Positions 42,597-55,696 of a stretch of DNA of 64,000 nucleotides are shown here, piece by piece (position 1 is the stretch's first letter; each line of letters starts with the position of its first letter). Both the position numbers and the translations under genes were made by a program. Under the pieces are notes generated by a model. That model was not told the DNA's origin. It saw only the letters and a list, made by a program, of their open reading frames with translations, and did no database searches. The stretch lies in contig NC_052168.1 in the NCBI RefSeq assembly GCF_902713615.1, positions 186,001-250,000 of the forward strand, read 5' to 3'. The DNA is from Scyliorhinus canicula. Its lineage: Eukaryota.

Positions 42597-44350
42597 GGGG
42601 GGTAATGGGCCCGGTGTGGGGAGGGGGGGGGGGTAACAGGCCCGGTGTGGGGAGGGGGGGGAAACAGGCCCGGTGTGGGGAGGGGGGTAACAGGCCCGGT
42701 GTGGGGAGGGGGGGGTAACAGGCCTGGTGTGGGGAGGGGGGGTAACGGGCCCGGTGTGGGGAGGGGGGGGTAACGGGCCCGGTGTGGGGAGGGGGGGGTA
42801 ACAGGCCCGGTGTGGGGAGGGGGGGTAACGGGCCCGGTGAGGGGAGGGGGGGGTAACAGGCCCGGTGTGGGGAGGGGGGGTAACGGGCCCGGTGAGGGGA
42901 GGGGGGGGGTAACAGGCCCGGTGTGGGGAGGGGGGGTAACGGGCCCGGTGAGGGGAGGGGGGGGTAACAGGCCCGGTGTGGGGAGGGGGGGTAACGGGCC
43001 CGGTGTGGGGAGGGGGGGGTAACAGGCCCGGTGTGGGGAGGGGGTGGTCTCTGCTGGGCTGGGGGTTAATGGGCCCGGTGTGGGGAGGGGAGGGGTCTCT
43101 GCTGGGCTGGGGGGTAACAGCCCCAGTGTGGGGAGGGGGAGGTCGCTGTTGGGCCGGGGGGGTAATGGGCCCGGTGTGGGGAGGGGGGGTAACAGGCCCG
43201 GTGTGGGGAGGGGGGTAACAGGCCCGGTGTGGGGAGGGGGGGTAACAGGCCCGGTGTGGGGAGGGGGTGGTCGCTGCTGGGCCGGGGGGTAATGGGCCCG
43301 GTGTGGGGAGGGGGGGTAACAGGCCCGGTGTGGGGAGGGGGGGGTAACAGGCCCGGTGTGGGGAGGGGGGGGTAACAGGCCCGGTGTAGGGAGGGGGTGG
43401 TCGCTGCTGGTCTGGGGGGGTAATGGGCCCGGTGTGGGGAGGGGGAGGTTGCTGTTGGGCTGCGGGGTAATGGGCCCGGTGTGGGGAGGGGGGGGTAACA
43501 GGCCCGGTGTGGGGATGGGGGGGTAACAGGCCCGGTGTAGGGAGGGGGTGGTCGCTGCTGGTCTGGGGGGGTAATGGGCCCGGTGTGGGGAGGGGGAGGT
43601 CACTGCTGGGCTGGGGGGGTAACAGGCCCGGTGTAGGGAGGGGGGGTAATGGGCCCGGTGTGGGGAGGGGGGGGTCACTGCTGGGCTGGGGGGGTAACAG
43701 GCCCGGTGTAGGGAGGGGGGGTAATGGGCCCGGTGTGGGGAGGGGGGGGTCACTGCTGGGCTGGGGGGGTAACAGGCCCGGTGTGGGGAGGGGGGGGTAA
43801 CAGGCCCGGTGTGGGGAGGGGGTGGTCGCTGCTGGTCTGGGGGGGTAATGGGCCCGGTGTGGGGAGGGGGTGGTCGCTGCTGGGCTGGGGGGTAACAGCC
43901 CCGGTGTGGGGGGGGGGTGGTCTCTGCTGGGCTGGGGGGTAATGGGCCCGGTGTGGGGAGGGGGGGGGGGGGTAATGGGCCCGGTGTGGGGAGGGGGGGT
44001 GGTCTCTGCTGGGCTGGGGGGTAATGGGCCCGGTGTGGGGAGGGGGGGGTAACAGGCCCGGTGTGGGGAGGGGGAGGTCGCTGTTGGGCTGGGGGGTAAC
44101 AGCCCCGGTGTGGGGAGGGGGTGGTCGCTGTTGGGCTGGGGGGTAACAGCCCCGGTGTGGGGAGGGGGAGGTCGCTGCTGGGCTGGGGGGTAACGGGCCC
44201 GGTGTGGGGAGGGGGGGGTAACAGGCCCGGTGTGGGGAGGGGGAGGTCGCTGCTGGTCTGGGGGGGTAATGGGCCCCGTGTGGGGAGGGGGAGGTCGCTG
44301 TTGGGCCAGGGGGTAATGGGCCCGGTGTGGAGAGGGGGTTATGGGCTGGG
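42597..44350. repeat. G-rich ~28-bp minisatellite taacaggcccggtgtggggag(g)n with a longer variant unit
   Basis: Directly visible. Confidence 0.93.
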
Positions 44351-45054
44351 GGAGTGATGGGGTCAGCGCCCGTGAGCCCCCTGGATAGTCTATACCTGTA
44401 CCAGGGGCAACTTCAGCTGCTGCCTGTCCGTCCCACCAAATCTAACCATCCCAGGACACAGACCAGTCCATGGCCAGTTGGTTCAGTCACTTGAGCTCCC
44501 ACTGACTGTGGCAGCCTTTGGTTCTGCAGCTGAAGGCTGTCGCTAACAGAGAATTGGCAGCGGCACCACAGCTCTCCAGTGGAACCCCGGAGCAGGACGA
44601 GCCACGTCACAGGTAAGTGTTGCTGCTCAGCCGTCCCAATCAGACTGAGGCCTGGATACTGGAGGCAGGAACCCCACAGAGGCAGCAGCCAACAATCCAA
44701 CACCAGGAGCTGGGCTTCAGCACTGGGGCCATCCCCACGGGGGGGGGGGGGGGGAGGGGGGGGGCCTCGCCCGGATGCAGTAGTATTCCCAGCAGGGGTC
44801 CAGGGTCTGGGGTCCGGTGCCCAGGGGGCTCAGCTGTGGCTGGGGGTGCGTGTGGAGGGCGGAGCCGCCAAGCACAAGGGGCTTGGATGGTACCCTGAGA
44901 GACAGCGGGAAATGTAGGGGTGAAGGGGGGCTTGAGGATCCCGGTGTGGAGGCACAAACTCAGCTTCAGACCAGGAAGGCTCGCTGAGGGCTGAGTGTTG
45001 TGGATCTAGAATGAGAATCAGGAGGGTTCTTTCAGGCTCCTCACAACCTCATTC

Positions 45055-45248
45055 CCCCCACAACCTGCCCCCCCACCTGACCACCTTTCCCCCCACCTGA
45101 CCACCTTCCCCCCCACCTGACCACCTTCCCCCCCACCTGACCACCTGCCCCCCCACCTGACCACCTTCCCCCCCACCTGACCACCTTCCCCCCCACCTGA
45201 CCACCTGCCCCCCCACCTGACCACCTGCCCCCCCCACCTGACCACCTG
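45055..45248. repeat. 21-bp minisatellite cccccacctgaccacct(t/g)ccc
   Basis: ~9 copies. Confidence 0.92.
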
Positions 45249-46189
45249 GTGCCACGACTTGGCAGGTGAGTGAAAATGCTCATGGTGCCAGGCACTGGGG
45301 GGTTTTCTGCCCATGTCCAGCCCCACTTAAATTTCCAGCTTTTGTCAGCACATTCAGATCATGGCCTTTGAATCAAAACCTGCCGCAGCACAAACCCAAC
45401 ATCTGCTCAGGTATTTTCCCACATTGACCTTGGCTGCCATTTGTCACCTGTAGCTGAGGATATTGAGGTTGATTATGAGACTGCAGTCTAGTGGGCTGAG
45501 GGACTTTCAGTGAGGTCTTGTTTCAATGATCTTTCAGAGTCACTTACACAAAGTTAAACATTTAAATCCTGCTCTCACAGCATGAATTTTTCAGAATGAA
45601 ACTTAAGCTTCTAACTGATCAACTGTGCAACCTTTCTGCTGAAAATATGTTCATCTCATCTCCACTTCATTATAAACCGAATATCATTCTGAAGAAACAT
45701 GAATTAATGAACAGGGTAAATATAATAATGTCGAGAACCTGAACTAACTCCAGACCGAGTGTCTCTTCCTCTCGTTAATGGCAATGAATCATCTTTTCTT
45801 CACATATCCAAACTCGAAAGACAGCTCTCAATTCTGACAAAATACAGGCGTGCAAAACAATTTTTAATGAGATATAATAAGATCTTTCACCATCACTGAC
45901 TCCAAGTCTTGGGACAACCACTCCATGTTTTTATCAAAGATTTCAACAAAATTGTTCCTGCAACTATTTCAAGCACCGGTTAGGATCTGAAATATTGCAA
46001 ACTCATTAAAATAACGGTAAAAATTGTCCAAGGTCAGGGAAGTTTATAATAAATGACCCTGACTCTCCTCCCACAGGAAGTCCCACAGTTGCCCCATCAT
46101 CTTGTTGCGTCTCAGTGGCCTTTTGAAATTTGTTTCCTTAAGCTGTAAAGCATGACATTGTTAGCAAATTATTTCCCTTATGAAGACAT

Positions 46190-46317
46190 TGATGTCATTA
46201 CCCTGGAGTCTTATATATAAAGCGAGTACAGCAGAGACAGTCAGGTCTGATCGCGCAAACAACGACCAACATCACTTGTACCGAAACACGAAACAAAACG
46301 TGATTTCTGCGGTGAGT
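46190..46317 (+). promoter_or_regulatory. PTH2: PTH2 core promoter and non-coding exon 1 (~46242-46311)
   Basis: CRE-like TGATGTCA 46190-46197, TATATATAAA 46212-46221, ATG-free exon, consensus donor G|GTGAGT at 46312; the next coding exon starts with an acceptor 3 nt before the ATG, so an upstream exon is required. Confidence 0.72.
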
Positions 46318-47749
46318 AAAATTATTTTCTTCACTCGACTTAAACAATATGGGTGGGAGTAAAAATCAATAAGAAGTGAATGAGATATATCGCAGGAGGC
46401 TCCAATCGGGAGGCTCACCAGAAATGGAGCTTTAGCCGTCTGCTCAATATCCAACTTCCCAAACACTAACCCATTTATCCCCAACTCCTTCAAACAAACC
46501 CAATAACAACTCTCATTATTCAATATTGTGAAGATGTCTCTGCCGAGAATGGATTGGATTGATATTCCAGAGTTACTTTGTCCTGAGTTACCTGTGTTCT
46601 CCAGGGGCAGTTTGAAGGATATTGTTGGGAAGTTCCATTCTGTTGGGTGTTGGGGGGTTGGGTGCGGTGAATAAAAATGAGGCAGGGCTTTGGTTCCCAA
46701 CAAGTGACTCCTCTTAGAAATTACTGGTGGATACCCTGAGAAGATAGATTGTGTTTGTGAAATTTATCATAGTTTAGTCGTTTTTCTGTTGGCTGTTAGT
46801 GTCCCGCACATTAAAAGTTCTGCTATGTTTTAAAATGTACAATTAACACAAAGGCAAACAGAAAATCCTGACAACACCTAAACTCAGAGACATGCCCATG
46901 TGATCTGGTTCCATGGAGAAAGAAACTCCAAGCCATTGACATGTGACAGCCTTTGACTCGGAAGCAGTAAATGTAAGGAAAACATTTGATTACTTTAAAA
47001 TGTTTTGCGAATCCATGATTATTTTCAAAAATGTATAAAAAAAGATCTTTAAAGAATTTGTATCAATTATAAAGGCTTCAATTATAATTTATGGATAATA
47101 TGAAATACTGATCACCTTTGACGTGCAAGCTGTATTCACAAGTTGGAAATTAAAGAATGGAGGCTGTGTGGCACAATACACAAACAATGGGAGGGGAGAG
47201 TTGGATAAAGGTATTCTGGTCACTGCTACCAAAACTGATGGAAGCTGAGAAGATTCTGTCAAGAAGTGTACAGCATAAGAAAGATTGCACAAGTAGAATC
47301 CTGTTTGTATGAAAGCTGGTGCCTCCAGAGAATTGGCTAAGTCCTTGAAGGAAAGGAAGTAGAACCCCTGCTGTAAGAACTTTGGCGGTGAAAATGTTGG
47401 CCATGCAGGTGGAATGGGCCGCCTCAAAATTCCATGAAACATAGAGCGTGATTCTCCGGCCTAGTCTGCCCAGTCACAGGAAATGCCCATCCAAGGTCAA
47501 TGGATCTTTGCATGGTCCACACCCCACACATGGCAGGGTGGAAGAATCCAACCCATGGTCTTTATTGGATCTGCTATTCTGTTGTTTAATTTATATTGTG
47601 TACTGGCCATGTTACCATTACTTCATATTTAATTTGCAATGCTTTGATTCATATTGAGGTAAAGTTACAAAACGTGGAATCTTCTCTGGCAATTCCTTCA
47701 TGCATGGGTCACTCAGTAAATTTGGTTATTTTGCCTGATGGATCCCCAA

Positions 47750-49885
47750 GGGGATCATAAGAGGTTGATGAGAGCAGCCTAAATACAGTGATTCACTGCA
47801 GTCCACTGTGGATAGAGGAATGGTGACATAGTTCCAGGTCAGGATGGTGCGTGACTTGGAGAAGAACTTACAGATGGTGGTGTTACCAAGAACGTGCTGC
47901 CCTTGTTCTGTAAGGTGTTACAGGCCATCGGTTTGGAAGGTACTATAAGAGGTGTCTTGGTGAGTTGCTACAATGCACTCTGTGCTGTACCTGCTGCTGA
48001 CACTGCATCAGTGATAAAAAGAATATATTTCTCAGGTGGTGAAAGGTTGTCCGTCAAGCGGGCTGCTTTCTCTTGAATGGTATTGAATCTCATGAGTATT
48101 GTTGGAGCTGCACCCATTCAGACAAGTGGAGAGTATTCCATCACACTGGTAACATGTGCCTTGGAGATAATGGACAGGCTTTGGGGAGTCAGGAGGTGAG
48201 ATACTAATTCCCAGCCTCTGACCTCCTCATGTATCCTCAGTATTTGTATGGCTGGTCCAGTTAAGATTTGAATCATTACTAACTCCCAGAATGTTGATGG
48301 TGAGGTTTATCATAATACAAAGAAAAGAACAAAGAACAATACAGCACAGGAACATAGTTATGCTGTTGAATGTCAAGCAGAGATAGTTACATCCTCTCGT
48401 GTTGATACTCAGTGCTGGCACTTATATTGTGTAAATGTAACTTGCCCCTTGTCAGCCCCAAGCCTGGATATTGTCCAGGTCTTGCTGCATTTGGACAGGG
48501 GCTGCTTCATTATCTGAGGAGTCGCGAATGGTGCTGAACATTGTACAACCATCCACAAACATCCCCACTTCTGACCTGATAATGGATTGGAGGTCATTGA
48601 TGAAACAGCTGAAGATGGTTGGGGCCGAGGACCCTACCCTGAGGAACTCCTGCAGTGACACCCTGGAGCTGAGATGATTGACCTCCAACCACCTCAACCA
48701 TCTTCCTTTGTGCCGGGTATGACTCCAGCAGCAGAGAGTTTTCCCCTGATTCCCATTAGCTCCAGTTTTGCCAGGACTCCTTGATGCCAAACTTGGTCAA
48801 ATGCCAGTGTTGTTGTATTGGATCAACTTGGCTCAGGGTGCCAAAAGTTCTGGGGCACGTTTCTTCAGTATTATAGCTGGAACAATGTCAGGGCCCATAG
48901 CCTTTGCTGTCTCCAGTGCCATCAACCAGCCTGAGGACTGGAATCTATGATGCTGGAATCTCAAGAGGAGGCTGAGATGGATCATCCCCTCATTGTTTCT
49001 GGGTGAGGATAATTGCCAATGCTTCTGTCTTACATTTTTCACTGATGTGCTGGGCAACCCATTGTTGAGAATGACAATATCTGCGGAGTCTCCTAACCCA
49101 GTTAGTTGTTTAATTATCCATGGATATTCCTGCCTGGATGCGGCAGGACTGTAGACGTTTAAGGTGGACCATTTGTTGTGGGACAGTTTAGCTCTGTCTG
49201 CAGCTTGTGCTGTTTAGTGTGTCTGTCATCCTGTGCTGTAACTTCACCAGATTGACACCTCATTATGTCTGGCGCTTCTCTCAGCATGTTCTCTTTCACT
49301 AAGGTAAAAGCAGAATACTGGAGATGCTGGAAATCCGAAATAAAACCAGAAAATGCTGGAAATCTTTGTACATCTGGCAGTATCTGTGGAGAAAGAAACT
49401 AAGACGGTGATTTTTTGGCTCCTACACGTTGCGTTTTACCGCGGCAGATGTGACAAGCCAACCAAATTTCCGTTGAATTTGACGGGAGAGAAATCCCGCC
49501 AATGGGCGGGGCCAAAAATCACGGCCAGAGTTAATGTTTTGAGTTCAATGTAACTTTTCATCGGAAGTGGCTGCTCCTGGTGGCCCAGTGTTGAGTTGTT
49601 CGATCTGTTCTGGACCTATCCTGTTTTGCTACACACCATTCAGAACATCCTCAATGCGAATCTGGAACTTTGTTTTCACAAGGACTGTGTGGAGCGCATG
49701 CCTACAATAAATTGTCACAGATAACTTCATCAACGACAGGTAGACTTGTGAAGACAAGGTCAAGTGTTGGTTCTCTCACGACTTACCATAGTGAGGCCCA
49801 AGCAGACTTGAGAAGATGCGATGATAATGAGCCACTCATTGGTGGTAGACAGCCAGATTACATCCTGTGGCCTTGCTGCACTCAT
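47750..49885 (-). mobile_element. Old, heavily decayed CR1 (different subfamily; RT to endonuclease)
   Basis: KAMGPDIVPAIILKKRAPELLAP and PTIFSCFINDL..SEVGMFVDG remnants. Confidence 0.8.
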
Positions 49886-50190
49886 CAGCTGAGGGAGAGC
49901 CGGAGGCGATAATCAGCCGAGGGAGGGCCGGAGGCGATAATCAGCCGAGGGAGGGCCGGAGGCGATAATCAGCCGAGGGAGGGTCGGAGGCGATAATCAG
50001 CCGAGGGAGGGCCGGAGGCGATAATCAGGCGAGGGAGGGCCGGAGGCGATAATCAGCCGAGGGAGAGCCGGAGGCGATAATCAGCCGAGGGAGGGCCGGA
50101 GGCGATAATCAGCCGAGGGAGGGCCGGAGGCGATAATCAAGCGAGGGAGGACTGGAGGCGATAATCAGCTGAGGGGGGAGGCGGGGGGGT

Positions 50191-50221
<31 letters not shown>

Positions 50222-50826
50222 GGCGGGCGGAGGCGATAATCAGCAGGATTATTTTGGCCTGGTGGAATGATTTATGTGTTCATTCATCAGGCCAAACATA
50301 ATCCTACTAATTATCGCCTCCGGCCTTCCCTCGGCTGATTATCGCCTCCGGCCCTCCCTCGCCTGATTATCGCCTCCAGCCCTCGGCTGATTATCGCCTC
50401 CGGCCCTCCCTCGGCTGATTATCGCCTCCGGCCCTCCCTCGGCTGATTATCGCCTCCGGCCCTTGGCTGATTATCGCCTCCGGCCTTCCCTCGGCTGATT
50501 ATCGCCTCCGGCCCTCCCTCAGCTGATTATGGCCTCCGGCCCTCCCTCGGCTGATTATTGCCTCTGGCCCTCCCTCGGCTGATTATGGCCTCTGGCCCTC
50601 CCTCAGCTGATTATGGCCTCCAGCCCTCCCTCGGCTGATTATCACCTCCGGCCCTCGGCTGATTATCGCCTCCGGCCCTCCCTCGGCTGATTATGGCCTC
50701 TGACCCTCCCTCAGCTGATTATTGCCTTTGGCCCTCCCTCAGCTGATTATCCCCTCCGGCCCTCCCTCAGCTGATTATGGCCTCCGGCCCTCCCTCGGCT
50801 GATTATTGCCTCTGGCCCTCCCTCAG
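49885..50826. repeat. Fold-back 28-bp minisatellite: forward array 49885-50244, hairpin spacer, inverted array ~50310-50826
   Basis: Unit cggaggcgataatcagccgagggagggc and its reverse complement. Confidence 0.92.
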
Positions 50827-51559
50827 CCCTCTCAATTTGGGAACCGATCCCCACACTTTAGTGAGGAGTCTGTACAGGGTTGGCTGAGCAGAACGTGGCT
50901 GGGTTGATGTCAGCCGGTCCATCTGGTTTTATTCCGATTTGATTTTTTGCGGTGATTTGATGTAATGGAGTTGCTGACGAGGATCTCTCAGAGATATGTT
51001 GAGAGCGTTTTATATTTGTGGTACTTGATTCACATGGAGATCAGACTGGACAAGGAATGCAGATTTTATTCCCTAAAGGACATTAGTGAGGAGCTGGATT
51101 TTTACAGCAATCCAGTATTTCATGGGTTTCAAGGGAAAATTTGCAAATCTATTGGGATGGGGCACAAGGAAAATTGTTCCTTCAGAGGGTGAACAGAGAC
51201 ACTCTATTGAGTTAGCCTGCCTCTTTGGGTATCAAAGAACAAAGCTCAATACAGCACAGGAACAGGCCCTTCGGCCCTCCAAGCCTGTACTGGTCATGAT
51301 ATTAATCTTTGCCAAAACCCTCAGCCCTTCCTTATGCTGTATCCCGCTACACCCTCTATACCCGTCCTATCCATGTGTTTGTCAAGATGCCTTATGAACA
51401 CCGTTAATGTCTGGGGTTATTTGGTTATTTGTCTACACAATGTGTGGGTGTTTTGTAAAATTCTTTCACAGTATATGACAGTCAGTGGCTGGGTTAGCAT
51501 TTGATGTCCATCGCTAATTGCCCTTGAAAAGGTGGTGTGTGTGATGTGAGCACCAGATG

Positions 51560-52066
51560 TCGGGGTGTGTGTCTGGGTGTGTGTCTGGGTGAGTCTCTGG
51601 GTGTGTGTCTGGGTGTGTGTCTGGGTGTGTGTCTGGGAGAGTGGGGTGTGTCTGAATGTGTATTGTAATGTATGTCAGGATGTTTGGGTTTAGGTCAGGG
51701 TGTGTGTCTGGGTGTGTGTCTGGGTGTGTGTCTGGGTGTGTGTCTGGGTGTGTGTCTGGGTGTGTGTCTGGGTGTGTGTCTCGAAGAGTATCTTGGTGTG
51801 AGTCTGTGTGTGTGTCGTGTTGTGTGTGGGGTAGGTCTGGGTGTGTGTCTGGGTGTGTGTCTGGGAGTGTATCTGGGAGTGTATCTGGGTGTGAGTCTGT
51901 GTGTGTGTCATGTTGTGTGTGGGGTAGGTCTGGGTGTGAGTCTGTGTGTGTGTCGTGTTGTGTGTGGGGTAGGTCTGGGTGTGTGTCTGGGAGTGTATCT
52001 GGGAGTGTATCTGGGTGTGAGTCTGTGTGTGTGTCGTGTTGTGTGTGGGGTAGGTCTGGGTGTGTG
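51560..52066. repeat. GT-rich 12-bp repeat gggtgtgtgtct with higher-order variants
   Basis: Directly visible. Confidence 0.9.
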
Positions 52067-52231
52067 TTTACACCCTTGCTTAAATATCAGCCCCATTTCA
52101 GACACCATCTGGTTTTAACTCAATTGTTTTCACAGAATGCACATCTTCCAAATGTCTCAGCTTTTCTAAGAAAATGAGGATCTAAATAATATTCGGGTGG
52201 ATTTTAACTTTATGTCTTTTCTCCTCAGGAT

Positions 52232-52332
52232 ATGGAACCTGTGCCCACTGGCCGTGTATTACTGGTGGGACTGATCCTGAGCCATGTGCTGGCTCCTTCC
52301 CCCGGAGCTGCCACACCCATGCCATCTCAACG
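52232..52332 (+). CDS. PTH2: PTH2 (TIP39) precursor, first coding exon (signal peptide)
   Basis: Acceptor tctttttctcctcag-like tract ending 52228, ATG 52232, MEPVPTGRVLLVGLILSHVLAPSPGAATPMPSQ(R), phase-2 donor CG|gtaaaa matching the phase of the next exon. Confidence 0.82.
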
Positions 52333-52439
52333 GTAAAACACACTGTCAGAACATTGGATCATTCAATATAAATTGTCTCCTTTATCTCAAAATATTTGGT
52401 GAAGTTTGAGGTTTCTTTGGTCTGAAATTTTTTCTGAGA

Positions 52440-54560
52440 TAAGACCATAAGGCATAGCAGCAGAATCAGGCCACTCGGCCCATCGAGTCTGTTCCGCCAT
52501 TCAATCATGGCTGATATTTTCTCATTCCCATTCTCCTGCCTTCTCTCCATAATCCCTGATCCCCTTATTAATCAGGAACCTATCTATCTCTGTCTTAAAG
52601 ACACTCAGTGATTTGGCCTCCACAGCCTTCTGCGGCAAAGAGTTACACAGATTCACCACCTTCTGGCTCAAGAAATTCCTCCTCATCCCTGTTTTAAAGG
52701 ATCGTCCCTTTAGTCCGAGATTGTGTCCTCTGCTTCTAGTTTTTCCTACAAGTGGAAACATTCTCTCAATGTCCACTCTATCCAGGCCTCGCAGTATCCT
52801 GTAAGTTTCAATAAGATCTCCCCTCATCCTTCTAAATTCCAACGAGTACAGACCCAGAGTCCTCAACCGTTCCTCATACAACAAGCTCTTCATTCCAGGG
52901 ATCATTCTTGTGAACCTCCTCTGGACTCTTTCCAAGGCCGGCATATCCTTCCTTAGATACGGGGCCCAATACTGTGCACCATACTCCAAATGGGATCTGC
53001 CCAGAGCCTTATATAGCCTCAGAAATAAATCCCTGCTCTTGTATTCTAGCCCTCTCGACATAAAAACATACAAACTAAGAACATAAGAACTAGGAGCAGG
53101 AGTCGGCCATCTGGCCCCTCGAGCCTGCTCCGCCATTCAATGAGATCATGGCTGATCTTTTGTGGACGCAGCTCCACTTTCCGGCCTAAACACCATAACC
53201 CTTAATCCCTTTATTCTTCAAAAAGCGATCTATCTTTATCTTAAAAACAATGCTTTATCTTGACATGAATGCTGACATTGCATTTGCCTTCTTAGCTGCC
53301 GATTGAACCTTCACGAACCGGGGTGAGATTCTCCGACCCCCCGCCGGGTCCGAGAATCGCCAGGGGCCGGCGTGAATCCCGCTCCCCCTGTCTCCCGAAG
53401 TCTCCGGCACCAGAGATTCAGCGGGGGCGGGAACCGCGCCGCGCCTGTCGCCCCCCCCCCCCCCCCCCCCCCCCCCCCGGCGATTCTCCAGCCCGCAATG
53501 GGCCAAAAGTCCCACCACTGTCGTGCCAGTCCCACCGGTGTGAATCAAACCGCGATTATGCCTTCATACCTCCCTCCTAAGTGCATAACCTCACACTTTT
53601 CCACATTGTATTTCATTTTCACTTCATTGCCCACTCTCCTAGCTTGTCCAAGTCTTTCTGCAGCCCCCTTGCTTCCTCAATGCTACCTGTCCCTCTACAG
53701 ATCTTCGTATCATCTGCAAATTCAGCAACAGTTCCTTCAGTTTCTTCTTCCAGATCATTAATGTTCGTTGTGAAAAGTTGTGGTCCCAGCACAGACCCCT
53801 GAGGCACACCACTAGTCACCGGCTGCCATCCTGAAAAAGACCCCTTTATCCCCACTCTCTGCCTTCTGCCAGTCAGCTAATCCTCTATCCATGCCAGGAT
53901 CTTACCCTGAACACCATGGGCTCCTCCTGTGAGGGAATGTGAGGGAAAATCATGCTTGACAAATCTACTGGAATTCTTCGAGAATGTAACTAAGCCAGTG
54001 GATGTGGTTTATTTGGACTTTCAGAAGGCTTTGGACAAAGTTTCACATAATAGATAGCGGGTAAAATTTAAGCGCACGGGATTAGGGGTAGTATATTGAG
54101 ATGGACAGAAAACTGGAAACAAAGAGTAAAAATTGACAGGTCTTTTTCCAAATAGGCAGGCAGTGGGGTCCCGTAGGGATCGGTGCTGGGACCCCAGCTA
54201 TTCACAATATATATTAAGGATTTGGACAAGTTAAGTGAGTGGGCAAATGAATGGCAGATGCAGTATAATTTGGAGAAATGGGAGGTTATCCACTTTGGTA
54301 GCAAAACCAAGAAGGCAGATCATTATCTGAATGGCCATAAATTAGGAGAGGGGAATGTACAGCGGGACCTGGGTGTCCTTGTGCACCAGTCACTGAAGGT
54401 AAGCATGCAGGTACAGCAGGCGGTAAAGAAGGCAAATGGTATGTTGGCCTTCATAGCGAGAGGATTCGAGTACAGGAGCAGGGATGTCTTGCTGCAATTA
54501 TACAGGGCCTTGGTTAGGCCACATCTGGAATATTGTGTGCAATTTTGGTCAACTTATCTG
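52440..54560. mobile_element. Cluster of CR1 fragments in PTH2 intron 2 (52440-53925 minus with nested CR1 3' end at 53076-53250 and MITE fragment at 53321-53556; 53930-54560 plus)
   Basis: SGVPQGSVLGP, FADD and RPHLEYCVQFW motifs. Confidence 0.88.
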
Positions 54561-54564
54561 AAGA

Positions 54565-54862
54565 GGTTTCTCTGCAGTTCTCCCCATGTCTGCGTGGGTT
54601 TCCTACGGGTGCTCCGGTTTCCTCCCACAAGTATGGAAGATTTTAGTTCAGACGGGCAGCATGGTCGGCACAGGCTTGGAGGACCGAAGGGCCTGTTCCT
54701 GTGCTGTACTTTTCTTTGTTCTTTGTTCTTTGTCCCAAAAGATGTGCTGTTAGGTGAATTGGACATTCTGAATTCTCCGTCTGTACCCGAACAGGCGCCG
54801 GAATGTGGCGACTAGGGGATTGTCATTGTAACTGCCTACTTGTGACAAAAAAGATTATTTAT
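54565..54862 (+). mobile_element. V-SINE variant interrupted by a short CR1/SINE tail piece (~54632-54730)
   Basis: V-domain ..cccacaagt resumes at tgtcccaaaagatgtg after the insert. Confidence 0.75.
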
Positions 54863-55151
54863 AAATGCCTTCAGGATTTTGAACACCTAATTAATATTTT
54901 TTAACCATTCCTGTTCTAAGTGTAACAATTCCAGATCCTCCAATCTGTTTCATTCATCAATTACAGGCCCATGCAGGTGTCCTGGGGGGTGGGAGCGGGG
55001 AGGGGAGTCTACTGAGAAGTGGAGAAGCCTGTGTGACCTTGGCAACCATTACTTAACATAATATTTAGAATAATGAAACATGGGACTAAGAGCCTAGAAT
55101 CTAATTGAGAGTTTGGATATATTGATGGTAAATGATTTTGTATTATTGTAG

Positions 55152-55617
55152 TTCCCTACCTAGATCCTGGAAAACTGGAAATTTGCTGGGACTGGCAGGA
55201 GGTAAACAAATGGAGAACAGTTTACAGCTGGTCCCAGGTTGGGACCCATCTGGCTCCTTGCATGATTGGATCATTGAGATGATGTCATCATTTCCCATAC
55301 TCAGAGAACTCCCAGACTCCTGGTGGATTCCCGCTTTAAGAAGACGAGGTTGGTTTGCAAAATTCCCAATAGATTCCAGAAATCATGATGGTCAATCACA
55401 CACAGCACTTATGGATGGTGCAGGTCTGACCAGGGTTACCCTGGGCAAAAGCTGGTCATCTGATTGGCTGGAACCAAGCACCAATGAAGAAGTCAAGAGA
55501 AGCATTGTTGTGGCTGATGATGTCGCTTTTCGAGAAAAGAGCAAGTTCCTGACTGCGATGCAGAGGCAGAAATGGCTGAACTCTGTGATGAGAAAACTTG
55601 TGATTAACAAAAAGTAG
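55152..55617 (+). CDS. PTH2: PTH2 (TIP39) precursor, last coding exon; mature 38-aa peptide at 55501-55614
   Basis: KR|SIVVADDVAFREKSKFLTAMQRQKWLNSVMRKLVINKK* matches the TIP39 signature ADDxAFRE..WLNSxM; acceptor tattgtag at 55151. Confidence 0.96.
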
Positions 55618-55690
55618 ATGTAGCACAATTTATGGATCATTGGTGTTTGTGGTGTTTCAAGTGCAGAAATGTAATTCACTATTTAACTGC

Positions 55691-55696
55691 AATAAA
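55691..55696 (+). terminator. Polyadenylation signal of PTH2
   Basis: AATAAA 74 nt after the stop, followed by a T-rich tract. Confidence 0.7.

Noticed and set aside
42560-44357. Pro-rich ORF as GFY or a mucin-like neighbour of PTH2
   Set aside because: Minisatellite with variable G-run lengths that break frame; no signal peptide or TM segment
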